NCBI RefSeq assembly: GCF_001194135.2
Contig: NC_069003.1
Location: 5,699,585 to 5,763,584 of the forward strand
From: Octopus bimaculoides
Taxonomy: Eukaryota
DNA: 64,000 nucleotides
Reading direction: 5' to 3'
The notes beneath the pieces are model-generated. The model saw only the letters and a list, made by a program, of their open reading frames with translations, did no database searches and was not told the origin of the DNA. A program made the position numbers and the translations under genes. Below are positions 35,265-47,225 of this stretch, piece by piece (the stretch's first letter is position 1; the number at the start of each line of letters is the position of its first letter).

Positions 35265-35809
35265 TAAAAGCTATAAATAATTGAAAACAAGTGTGAATGT
35301 GTAATCTCTCTCTCCCTCTCTCTCTGTGTATACACACACACACATACATACATACACAGAGAAAGAAAGAGAGAGAGAGGGGGAGGATGCTTATTATACA
35401 CTCACATTTGTTTTACTCCAATCATACAGTATTTCTGTCTATTATATGTAGTGTATATCAGAATGTGTGTGTGTGTGTGTGTGCATAGTTATGTGTTCAC
35501 TCAAACATTAACATCAGCAAACACAAACAACCTTTTGTTGTTACAAAGTCTCTTTCTTTTCTTTTCTTTTCTTTTCTTTCTGCCATTTTCTTTGCTTAAA
35601 TGTCTGTCCATCATTCTTAATCTCACTCTCTCTCTCTCTCTCTCTCTCTCTGAAAGCTTCCTATAGAAACAAGAAGGAGGCAGAGGGAGCGTACTGAGCC
35701 AAAATATAGTCATTGCTTATTTTCCGGGAGTTTTAATTCATGGTTACTCTCACAGTTTGTCTGTTTCTGTCCCCTTCTCCTGTGCTAAAGCTTGCTGTAT
35801 ACATGTATA

Positions 35810-35843
<34 letters not shown>

Positions 35844-36829
35844 CCCTACATACACCCATAAACATGCACTCTCTCACACATACACGCTTGTATAATAGGC
35901 CATAAAACTCCATGTCTAAATGCACTTTTATTCACCAAAACCAATCTTAAAATTAGGGTACATACAACGCATGCCATTAGACTGCAAAGTCTACCCACCG
36001 TTCAATTCATTCAGAAAAGCAATAACATAAAATGGTTTTAATATTTTTTTCAAACATATTTTTATTTATTTATTGTATAGGTGCAGGAGTAGCTGTGTGG
36101 TAAGTAGCTTGCTTACCAACCACATGGTTCCGGGTTCAGTCCCACTGCATGGCACTTTGGGCAAGTGCCTTTTACTATAGCCTTGGGCCAACCAAAGCCT
36201 TGTGAGTGGATTTGGTAGACAGAAACTGAAAGAAGCCTGTCGCCACCTTGCTGGTTAGGCAGGCAAGCCTATATATATATATATAATGAAGGGTATGAAT
36301 ACAGACAGTATACTAAGCAAGCCCATATAGACACACACAAAACACACAGGCATGCACACGCACTCACACAAACACGTGCAAATAAGGATACGCAACAAAG
36401 AAAGACTGGACCAAACAGAACAGGAGGAAACACATGGGATGAAGAGTCACTGAAGAGGTCACAGGATGTGTGATGAATAATTTAAAATAAGAACAATAAT
36501 AAAAAAAAAAAACTGAAGTGATGAACAAATATATAGTGCATGTGTTTATTTGGCAAAAAATTGAGCCTGCTATAATTGTGTGTGTATGCACATGGCTTTG
36601 TGGTTAAGATGGTTGCTTTGCAAATATTTAGTTTTCGGTTCAACCCACTACTTGACACACAGGACAAGTTCTTCTACCATAGCCTTGCACCAACTAAAGC
36701 CACCTGAGTGAAATTTGATAAACTGAAACTCTGTATGTAGGGTGGGGGGGGGCAGTGCAGGCACCATTCTCATTCATGGGTGTTACTTACTGTCACCGGG
36801 TTGAACACCAACCCATCACCACCCAACCC

Positions 36830-37170
36830 TTGGGTGCTTTTAGCAAGGTCCATTTAATTATGACTACCACAAGGTGACTGGTGCTGGTGTCACATAACTG
36901 GCACTCATGCTGGTGGTATATAAAAGCACTTGTACCAAAGGCACATAAAAGCACCCGTGCTGGTGGCACATTGAAGCATTAGTACTAGTGGTATGTAAAA
37001 AGCACCCATCATATTCTCAGAGTGGTTGGCGTTAGGAAGGGCATCCAGCCATAGAAACCATACCAAACCAGACTGGAACTAGGTGCAGCTCTCCAGCTTA
37101 CCAGTTCCAGTCAAACTGTCTAACCCATGCCAGCATGGAAAGTGGACGTTAAATGATGATGATGATGTCT
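36830..37170 (+). mobile_element. RTE 3'UTR tail (family C) with short internal tandem units
   Basis: Several CTGGTGGCAC.TAAAAGCAC-like units, then GGTTGGCGTTAGGAAGGGCATCCAGCC...GGACGTTAAATGATGATGATG. Confidence 0.85.
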
Positions 37171-37886
37171 AGCCCATGTTACTGTATGGTGACTTGTGTG
37201 CATCAAGGACTCTGAGAGCTTAGGCAGTGGAGAACAGGCTCCCAGTAGGGCCTGCTATACTGGATGGGTCAAAAGGGCAGAGTTCAGGTTAATATGGACC
37301 ATTGCTTCCCCCATTGGTTTGCATAGGTTCAAAACCCCTACCGAGAAAAAAAGCAAAGTTACAGAAGCATCGATAACAATTCAAAACTAGCAAGACCTGG
37401 GAAAGGAAGGCCTTGAGAGAGCCCAGAGCTGAGAGCGGAGGAGAAATGTCATTAATGGCCTATGCTCCTCAGCAAGTGAAGGGCTTAAGCTAAGCTGTTG
37501 TGGTTTAAACTTAGGTCAGCCTTGATAGAGCAGATTTGTGGTCATAGGTGTTCCAGCCGAGGATGTCACATCTTATTTCCTACACAGAACTAATATAATC
37601 TTCTCTTTTTTTTTTTTTTTCATTCTTTTTTCCAAAGATTTATGGGAGATTGAGCAACCATTTCTAGTAGATTGAGCAACTATTTCTAGCAGACTGAGCA
37701 ACCACATGGAGGCTTTTTTTTTTTAAATGGATGTCTTTGCTTAATGGATAAAACGTACGACATTGAATTAATGTAATTTTATCTGTTACACACTTGTTTA
37801 GATTTTGGTGTGTATAATAGAATATTGTAAAGAATAGCATATAACATTAATGTATAACATACTTACATATGTGTGTGTGTGTGTAA

Positions 37887-37898
<12 letters not shown>

Positions 37899-37971
<73 letters not shown>
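37899..37971. repeat. (CA)n microsatellite
   Basis: Directly visible. Confidence 0.97.
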
Positions 37972-37975
<4 letters not shown>

Positions 37976-39849
37976 TTGTTATATTGTATACTTTACAATT
38001 ATATATGTGTGTGTGTACTCCATTTGCTGAACACATAACTCATCAAATCTGAAGTATTATCTTAGTAATTTATTAATTTACATTTTATAATAAAATAAAG
38101 AATGAGTCAAATACTATTTCTCGTTGCAAAAAAAAAATCATTTTACATTCTATATTTTACAGTCTCTAGATTGTGCGGACATTTAATTATTTTAGATGCA
38201 AACATAGGAAAGACTATGGCTTTTAATTACTAGATTTCACTGCTTCACCATTCTTCACCGACTAATGTGTATAGAATTACTTTAGATTCCGCAGAATTAT
38301 TATATTTTGAAATATGATTGAGTTATTGCTTTTGGTTTTGTTTTTTTTTGCATTATTTGTTTTTGCCATTTTTTTTTTTTGTTTGCATTTGGATTCAGTT
38401 TGATTCTAATTTCCAATTCCATTCTATTACAGAATTGTGCTTCTTACTTAGATTTGAATCATGATAAAATTTCCCTTGTTTATTTTAAATTTCGCACAAA
38501 CTTCTGTCAGATTTGACTTCATTTCATAGTCTTGAAATGTCACAGATTGCATACTAACTAGATAACTAGCCTCAAAAATTGCTGCAGACATACACTGTTT
38601 GATAATAGCATTGAAAAATACATAACATTTAATGGAAAATTGTAGCGTAATGGTATACGTATATAAAGTAATACAAGCTACAGATTTTCCATTGTGGTTA
38701 CAAATATTTTCTTACCATAAATACAATTCTCGTCTTAATGATATTTTGAAAGAAATGATTCTAACAAAAATAAGCATATATATGTGTGTGTGTGTGTGTG
38801 TATATATATATGTATGTATATTATTAATAATGATAAGGAGAATGGAGATTTTTCATACCCATAATTTTATTTAACAGTTATTTACAGCACCCTTTACTCA
38901 ACCTACATGCATTTCAACTGCATTAGCTGCACATTGTTGAATATGCAACCTGGTGTCATGGTTGGTGCAGTTTCATCAGCCAGCACCTGAAACCAAATTA
39001 AGAGGAAACACGGTAACTGCCAGGATAATATTTCCCTTGAAACTCATTTTTGGAATTATATATATATGTGTTAGTCTTGTTTTTCACCCTGTTGAGTGTC
39101 CGTTTTACTCATCAAGCAGGTGTGTTTGTGTGTGTCCTTCTGCCTGTTTTTCTTTGTCTTATTCCCCAACATCATCCAGTGTTTTAAATCCAGGTTTTGT
39201 CCCCATTAATGGGGGTGGCCAGATCTAACTGAATGCCATAGCAACTGAAGTAGGCAGGTGCAGCCCACCCCAACCTTTGGACTGGCTGGTACCTATTCTC
39301 CTTTGCTATCATGAGACTTTTTTGGAGCTGGATTTTCTACGGGGAGCATTCGATTGCTTAACCCCAAACTCAGTTTCTAGACTTGAGTGGTCCCGAGATC
39401 AAGGCCTCTACCATGATTTTTAAGAAATGTGGTGGAAAACTAGCTCAGGGACACTACTCCCTGAGATCCCTTCTGGAAACCCCTACTTAACAATATTTTT
39501 AAACAATTGTCACTGTTATGCAGGTGGTGTCATCTGTTTCAAATCTTCAGTGAAAACGTGTCTGGTGATGGGGGAAATGTAACATTTGCTTGCAAACTGG
39601 TGGGGAGTTGGCAAGAGTGAAGTCATTAGACCATCACAAAAATCTGCCTCAACAAATTTAGTCTGACTCATGCAAACAAGGAAAAACATGAGATGAAGCG
39701 TTTTGCCCAAGAACACAATACACCACCCAGTCCAGGAATTGAAACCATGTGCCCTCACAGTGTATATGTAATACACACACACAATTATATAAGTAAACAT
39801 GACTATGTGGTTAAGAATTTCATTTCTCAACACTCACCTATTTCCAAGA

Positions 39850-40135
39850 AAGATATTTCTCTCTATAGCTGGGCACGTTTTCATGGAAGATTGGAAATGA
39901 ATGACACTGCTTATCTGATAGTAACAATCATTTACTGCTATCATGCAGTGTCAAAACAAGGACTACCAACACACACACTTGATATGCTTCTTTCAGTTTC
40001 TGTCTACCAAATCCATTCACATTGCTTTAGTTGGCCTGGGGCTATAGTAGAGAAGACACTTGCCCAAGGTGCCAATTAGGGAGACTAAACCCAAAGCTAT
40101 GTAGTTGAGAAGTGAAATTCTTAACCACATAGTCA
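39850..40135 (-). mobile_element. Composite SINE: type B head + tail module I
   Basis: Head at 39985-40135 joined through a short (CA)n to module I sequence (GTTTTCATGGAAGATTGGAAATGAATGACAC on +). Confidence 0.7.
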
Positions 40136-40340
40136 TGTTTACTTATATGAATATGTGTGTGCATGGTTTCAATTCCTGGACTGAGTGGTGTGTATATATG
40201 TATATATATGCATGTATGTATTCCTACAGAGATGTTACATAAAATTGGAGATAGTTTAAATTAATTAGTCAAATAATTAAGTTAAATGGCTGTAAAGAAG
40301 TAAACAAGACTTGTTCTTACTTTTTGTTCTTCCTCTTCAG

Positions 40341-40399
40341 GGACACTCTATATCAGAAGACGGAGTCAGTTGCTAAGAGAAACAGCCAAAGTAGGTGAT
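40341..40399 (+). CDS. Candidate internal coding exon of an unidentified gene (59 nt; alternative donor gives 50 nt)
   Basis: Acceptor TTCTTACTTTTTGTTCTTCCTCTTCAG|, donors GAT|GTAAGT (40400) and AAA|GTAGGT (40391). The only frame open through 59 nt is xTLYIRRRSQLLRETAKVGD. Unique sequence; product not recognised. Confidence 0.5.
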
Positions 40400-40453
40400 G
40401 TAAGTATAATGACTGTTTTTCTTCTTCTTCTTCTATGGTTTGTTGTTGTTTAA

Positions 40454-40757
40454 CCCGTTTGATACCAAACCACCTGAGATTTCCTTTGGTCCTATGACAT
40501 AAACTGCTGTTTTAACCCTTTGGCTTTCAGCTTACCCTTTCAAAATGCTTATTTAATTACATTGTTTTGAAATAATCACGCATTGTCTTATAGCTTTGAG
40601 ATTTCTATGATCTGATTGTTTATTTTTAGGGTAGGTGTGAGAGGCTGGATCAGGTCAGTTTTAACATAAAAAAAGGTAAAATATTTGAGCCAGATATGGT
40701 CGGTTTAAATGCTAAAAGGCTAAAATCTTCCATCAAAATTTTGTTTTAATTTGTCCA
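40454..40757. mobile_element. piggyBac-type MITE H with MITE G nested at a TTAA (40516-40719)
   Basis: H sequence (CCCGTTTGATACCAA...) is interrupted at TTAA 40512-40515 by a family G copy and resumes (TCTTCCATCAAAATTT) after 40723. Confidence 0.75.
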
Positions 40758-41230
40758 AAGCACCAGTCGGGTGGCACTGGCAATGACCATGCTCGAATGG
40801 TGGTTTTTATGTGCCACTGGCATCGGACCAGTCAGCCAGCACTAGCATCAACCACACTCGAATGGTGCTTTTTATGTGCCACCAGCAAGAAAAAGAAATA
40901 GTCTAGGCATGACCATCCAGCATCAATCTTTTCAGTTAAATATAGTTTATCTTAGCTTACATCGTACTCTGTATAGGTTTGTACTAATTTTTTTTTTAAA
41001 AGAGACAATCGTGTGATCTAGCTGCTATTTCTAGCAGGTAGAGCGTCTCCATAGAGGCTCAGTTGAAGTCGAGGCTGGAATTACCAATGTATCAATAACA
41101 GGTCATGGGAAATAATGATATTGACTAAATTTATTGAGTCATTGCATGGGATATCCTCCTGTTCTTCTTCCTTTTTGTCATCCTCTGCCTTCTCCTCATC
41201 ATTATTCATCTGTCTTTCCATGCTTTGCAG

Positions 41231-41347
41231 GGATTAGCTAAGTCTTCTCCATCCAGCGCAGGCGTCTCCCAGTTGTTTGTGTTCCCTCTTTGTCTCCTTT
41301 GTGAGATTTTTTTCCCCTTTTCAACATCCACCGCCACCTCACCATGA
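41231..41347 (+). CDS. Candidate exon (phase 0), internal to 41300 or terminal to stop at 41347
   Basis: About 100-nt AG-free pyrimidine tract ending TGCTTTGCAG|. Only frame 0 is open: GLAKSSPSSAGVSQLFVFPLCLLCEIFFPFSTSTATSP*. Possible donor TTT|GTGAGA at 41301. Confidence 0.28.
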   Translation, partial: GLAKSSPSSAGVSQLFVFPLCLLCEIFFPFSTSTATSP

Positions 41348-41549
41348 TCAGCTTTTACCAATTCCCATTCCCCCCAACTCCCTCCTCTTCTACAGGCTCC
41401 TTCCTTTCTACTTGGATTGGTTAAATAATTTATCTCTATGGAAATACATTAAAATATTTGTTCAAGGTTACACAAAGCAAGGCATGTGTCGTTTTAACAT
41501 TACTTCAACATTATCTCATGGACCCGCTGGGCTTTTGTGTTTTTTCTCT

Positions 41550-42250
41550 TTATCCTTTTTACTTGTTTCACTCACTGGACTGTGGCCATTCTGGGGTGTT
41601 GCCTTGAAGGGTTTCGTCAAACCAGTCAACCCCAGTACTTCTGTTTAAATTTGCTACTTATTCTATTGGTCTCTTTAACTCATAGGTTCTCAAAGTGGGT
41701 GCTACCACCTCCGGTGGGCGTTGAGACAGTCCAGGTAAGTGCTGGTGCCTAAGGGGGCGGTGGGGGTAGAGAAAAAGGAGGCGTTGGGAGGAAGGCAGTG
41801 AATTGGGAGATACTATGAATTTATTATAATATTGTATGCAAATTATATAATATTATATTAAATATCAAATGATTCATAGTATATATAAATTAGTAAAATA
41901 CAAAATATTTATTTATGCATAAAAATAGGGGTCAGGACACTGAGGGTATTTATGTGGCCATGAGGTGGGTGTGGCCCAAAAAGTTTGAGAACCTCTGCTC
42001 TAACTTATGGGGACATAAAAAATACCAACACTGATTGTCAAGCAGTGGTGGGAGACAAACAAAGAACCCCACCCCATGTACGTGGGCTTCCACACAGTTT
42101 CCATCTACCAAAATCACTCAAGGCATAGTTTGGCCTGGGGCTATAGTAGAAATCACTAGCCCGAGGTACTGCCTAGTGGGACCAAGCCAGAAACCATGTG
42201 GGACTGAACTTGAAACCATGTGGTTGAAAAAGCAAGCTTCTTAACCACAT
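41550..42250 (-). mobile_element. SINE type B interrupted by a hAT MITE
   Basis: Tail 41550-41680, remainder of tail and head 42006-42250. Confidence 0.8.
41681..41997. mobile_element. hAT-type MITE, 317 bp, with 8-bp TSD
   Basis: TIRs CATAGGTTCTCAAAG and GTTTGAGAACCTCTG; TSD CTTTAACT (41673-41680) / CTCTAACT (41998-42005). Confidence 0.85.
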
Positions 42251-42885
42251 GATCCTACCTGATTTATTATTATTTTTAATTAGATCTCAAACAGTGTTAA
42301 ATGTGTTGGCTTGCCATGGGGTAAATTATGGCATCTACTTAAGTTAATGGTGAGGTGTGAGAGAAACTGGACTCACATACTTAGTTCGTTGAGCTTTAAA
42401 AAGTTAACTAGAAATAAAACATGTGGTGAGACAAACAGTCAGTTAAGTTAGTGCGATTATATTTGATGTATGCAACTTTATAAATATGTTAAACTAAAAA
42501 TAAATATGTGATGAAACATATAGACAGGCAGCTAGCTAGGTAGCTAAGGTAGGGTTAACATGCTTAATGCAAAGAACTTTTAATGGCTAACTGGAAATAT
42601 GTGGTGAGACAGACAGTTAAATAGACAGGCATACTGATAGGTAAATAGACAGATTGGTAGACAGACAAACAGGAAGATTGGTGGACAGACAGACAGACAG
42701 ACATGTAGACAGAAAGACAGGCAGGCAGATTGACAAATAGACAGGTTAGTTAGTGTTAACGTATTTAATGTATGGCGAATTAAAAAGGTTAGCTAGAAAT
42801 AATTGTGTGGAGAAACCGATAGACACAAAATGAGGTAGACAGAGGGACAGAGAGAGGGAGAGAGAGATGAAGTAACTTATTATTA

Positions 42886-42923
<38 letters not shown>

Positions 42924-42925
<2 letters not shown>

Positions 42926-43370
42926 GGCGGCGAGCTGGCAGAATCGTTAGCGCTCCAGATGAAATGCTTAGTGGTGTTTTACCCGTAGCTACTTTCTGAA
43001 TTCAAATTCCACTGAGGTTGACCTTAACTTTCAACCTTTTGTGGTCAATAAATTAAGTACCAGTTGAACACTGGGGTTAGTGTAATAAAAAAAAATTGCT
43101 GCCCCTGTGGCAAAATTTGATTCCATTATTATTATTAGTTTGTCTTATTATTAAGGCAGTGAGAAGGCAGAATCGTTAGCATGCCAGGCAAAATGCTTAG
43201 CAACATTTCATCCATCTTCACATTCTGAGTTCAAATTCCCCCAGGGTTGACTTTGCCTTTCATCTTTTCGTGGTCGATAAATTAAGTACCAGTTGAGCAC
43301 TGGGGGTCAATGTAGTCAACTAGTTCCCTCCCTCAAAATTTCAGGCTTTGTGCCTATAGCAGAAAGGATT
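42924..43370 (+). mobile_element. Two tandem type A SINEs embedded in (TAT)n
   Basis: (TAT)n 42878-42923, copy 42924-43124, (ATT)n, copy 43153-43367, (TAT)n to about 43410. The two copies have different 3' tails. Confidence 0.9.
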
Positions 43371-43714
43371 ATTATTTTTATTATTATTATTATTATTACT
43401 ACTACTACTTGCTGAAGTTCATTTTAATTTTGCACATTAGTATTGTATTTTCTGGTACTTAACTTGGATTTCTAATGAATAACCTCAAGTATTCAGTGGA
43501 ACAGAATGTCAGTGACCAGAGCAGGAATGTATATTGTATTTATTGATATTGTCATACTATTACTATTATTATTGTTGTTGTTGTTCAGTCCCACACAGCT
43601 TTCATCTGCACCCTGAAGACTGGAAACAATGGACCCTCTTGGTCGTGACATTCATTTTGGAACTACCATGTGATGTCAAGACAGACACAGAAATGTATAA
43701 TATTATAAACACTC

Positions 43715-44105
43715 ATCGTTTCCATGCTTGCATGGGTTGGAGGGATGGAATGTGTTAAGCAGATTTTCTACTGCCAGATGCCCTTTCCGTCATCAACCCT
43801 CACTCCGTTCCAAGGTAATATTTGCCCACGACATGTTTTCATGAAATATTGGGAACAAAGGGCATGACTTGCACGATGACAATCATTTACAGCCATCACA
43901 TGATGTTAAGGCAAGTAGATAGCAACACGTATACACACATTTATATATGTATACGACAGGCTTCTTTCAGTTTTCATCTACCAAATCCACTAATAAAGCT
44001 TTGCTCAGCCCAGGGATATAGTAGAAAACACTTGCCCCAGGCATTAGACAGTGGGACTGAACCCAGAACCATGTTGTTGGGAAGTAAACTCCTTACCACA
44101 CATCT
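43715..44105 (-). mobile_element. Composite SINE: type B head + microsatellite + tail module I
   Basis: Module I at 43715-43925, short (CA/TA)n, B head at 43955-44105. Confidence 0.75.
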
Positions 44106-44130
44106 ACATCTATATATATATATATATATC

Positions 44131-44183
<53 letters not shown>

Positions 44184-44509
44184 TCACACACATTTACATG
44201 CCCATAAACACATGATAGACTTTTTTCAGATTTCATCTACTAAATTCACTCACAAGGCTAAAGTTTGCCTGGGGATGTAGACTGAACCCGGAACCATGTG
44301 AGTGGGAAGCAAGTTTCTTAACCACACAGTCACGCCTGTGCCATATAATGCTACTACATAACTGTGAAGAGGTATGGCCTAAAGTACTGAGTTCATAATC
44401 ATCAGTTCGTAAGTTCAATTGCTGGGTCAGGTGACATGTCCTTGAGCAAGGTGCTTCACTTCACATTGCCTCAATCTACTCAGCTGAAAATGAGTACCAA
44501 TTGGTGCAA

Positions 44510-44546
<37 letters not shown>

Positions 44547-44791
44547 TCTCTATCTCTCTCCCTCCTCCCCAGCTCTCTTGTCCTCGATGTTCAACTGGAT
44601 CAAGATTGTGAGGACCAAGAGAGTTTTTATAACTGCCCAGGACTACTTAGACACTTAAAACATTTAGATAATGCTTGGGACATTCTACTGAGTCATACTT
44701 ACTTGGGAAAGATATAACTATCTTTTATCTTTTACTTATTTCAGTCATTGGACTTTGGCCATGCTGGGGCACCACCTTGAAGGTTTTAGTC

Positions 44792-45046
44792 CAGTGGTTC
44801 TCAACCAGGGTCCATAGGACTCTTGAGGTTTTGTATGAGATTTTGTTGTTAAAATTTATCTGCAACAAATCGGTTGTATTTCTACAATACACAATATGTT
44901 TTGACAATTTTTTTAATACAATTCCTAACAATATTTAATTATAAATATACAATAGTATTTTTTTAAACACTGAATGGCTATGAAAGTCCATCCCAGTAAA
45001 ATAGGGATCAAAGAGATCCATAGATACAAACGGTTGAGAACCTCTA
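44792..45046. mobile_element. hAT-type MITE, 255 bp
   Basis: TIRs CAGTGGTTCTCAACC and GGTTGAGAACCTCTA; ends shared with 4410-4506 and 45155-45209. TSD poorly conserved. Confidence 0.8.
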
Positions 45047-45813
45047 CTCTAGAATAAGAGCGAAATCACACTACTGTCTTTTTTTTTTTTTAAAAAAGCA
45101 CAAAAAAAACAGGCATAAACACTGCTTAATGTAATCTGAGATAAACGTCCACTCAAGTAAAAGTGGAATCAAAGGGGTCCCTTAGTCAAAAAATGGTTGA
45201 GAACCACTGGTTCTATCAAATTAAATCATTTCCTGTGCTTAAGGTGCCATACAGTGGGACTGAACCTGGAACCATGTGGTTGCAAAGCAAGCTTCTTAAC
45301 CACACAGTCATACCTGTGCACCTATGTTTTGCTTTATTTATTTTATTTTTTACCATCATTATATCTCACCTGATTCTGCACCAATGTACTCATTTCTGTT
45401 TCAATACACAATATCACATCAAGTCCTCCTTGTACGAAAGCAAGCTTACAAACCAGTGAGAAACTTTAAACAATGTCAGAACTAAATCTACTTGCTGTGT
45501 TATTTAAATCTACTTTTCATTGCATATCTCCTATTTTTACCTGACCGTATCTCCAAAAGTTCACCTATCTATCTTTTCTCTCCATCAGCTCACCTGTATC
45601 TCACAATTATCATACTTAATTATTACATATTTCTTAGTGGCTTCTTAAGCATAGCTGGTTTCTCTCTCTCTCTCTCTCTCTTTCCCCCTCTCCATTCCAC
45701 TCCATTTTACTCTGCTTCTGTTCTTTTTTTTTTTTCATTTTTGTCTCACTCTCTCTTCATTTCTATCTGTCAGTCTCTGTTTGTTTGTCTGTCTGTCTGT
45801 CTATCTTCACTTC

Positions 45814-45865
<52 letters not shown>

Positions 45866-46446
45866 ATCTATCTATCTTTACTTCTGTCTATCTCTGACTC
45901 TCAACTTAACCATCCAGTCTACTCTCAGAAACTGTAAAATCCAAACAACCTACTAAAACACAAACAGCCCCCAACCTCTGCCCTAATTTATCTGCTGTCT
46001 ACACTCACCGTCCTCTCCCACCCTACCCAAGCCCCAATACTGCAGGCACATTTTACATAGAACAATCTCAAGTAGATACTTGAATAATGATCACATGACT
46101 TAATCACTTGTGACTACTAAAGCAATTACAACCATATTACATATTACATCAAACTGTGTGTGTGTTTGTGTGTGAGTTTATATGTGGAAATATATATATC
46201 TATATACAGACAGACATAACGTATCTATTTCATGCCTGTCAGGGAAACATGTAGTTGCTTGCCCTGCTAGATATAGCAGTCATATCTCATTCAAATTATG
46301 CTGTACAAGGTTTAAAGATTAATAGACACATCATGCATTGTCATCTCTGATTTATAAAAAAAAAAAGAAAGGTAAGAAGATTGTGATCCAAATGCTTTGG
46401 TCCTCAGTCTACAAATTACAGCTGCCCTTGGACTATCATTATTACT

Positions 46447-46640
46447 AAGGCAGCAAATTGGCAGAATTGTTAGCACGCCGGAAAAAATGCTTAGCGGTAT
46501 TTCATCTGCAGCTATGTTCTGAGTTCAAATTCTGTCAAGACCAACTTTGCTTTCAACCATTTTAGGGTTGATAAATTAAGTATTAGTGAATCACTGGGGT
46601 CAATGAAATTGACTAGCCCACTCCCGCTAAATTTCATGCT
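46447..46640 (+). mobile_element. SINE type A
   Basis: Preceded by TATCATTATTACT; AAGGCAGCAAATTGGCAGAATTGTTAGCACGCCGG...GAGTTCAAATTC. Confidence 0.85.
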
Positions 46641-47026
46641 CTTCAACAATTTCTCCACTTGTAGAAGACACTGGCCAGAAGTACTGTGCAAATGAGACTG
46701 AATCTGAAAACAACACGGTTACAAATATATGTTTGGAGCAAGAGAGAGAGAGAGAGAGAAAGAGTGATCCTTCTCAATAAGTTGTAGTATTTTGTCTTTA
46801 ATGTCTGCTGAGCTTAAAATACACGTAAGTTAGAAACTGTGGCAGACACACTCCGACTCACACATGTATATACACACATGTGCATATATTGATGCATGCA
46901 TGTTGCACACATATATATCAAATGACATGCACATGTACACACATAAATGCATACACACACACTTGCATGCTTAGGCATATATGCATTTACTCATACATGA
47001 AAGCATATGCACACTCACATGCGCAG

Positions 47027-47069
<43 letters not shown>

Positions 47070-47192
47070 TATGTAGTCATACAAACACACACCAAATGAC
47101 ATATACTGTCTCACACTTACATGTGTATTCATTCCCACATGAAGACATACACTCACTTGCACAGATATATATGTATATATATATACATATGT

Positions 47193-47225
<33 letters not shown>

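Noticed and set aside
36090-36110. TG|GTAAGT donor-like sites
   Set aside because: Part of the SINE B head consensus (GTGTGGTAAG) and present in many copies.
40341-40376. EGF-like reading GHSISEDGVSC* and a faint likeness of IRRRSQL to the tyrosine hydroxylase RRxS site
   Set aside because: Too short. The EGF frame stops immediately and the hydroxylase residue order does not match, so no gene symbol is assigned.
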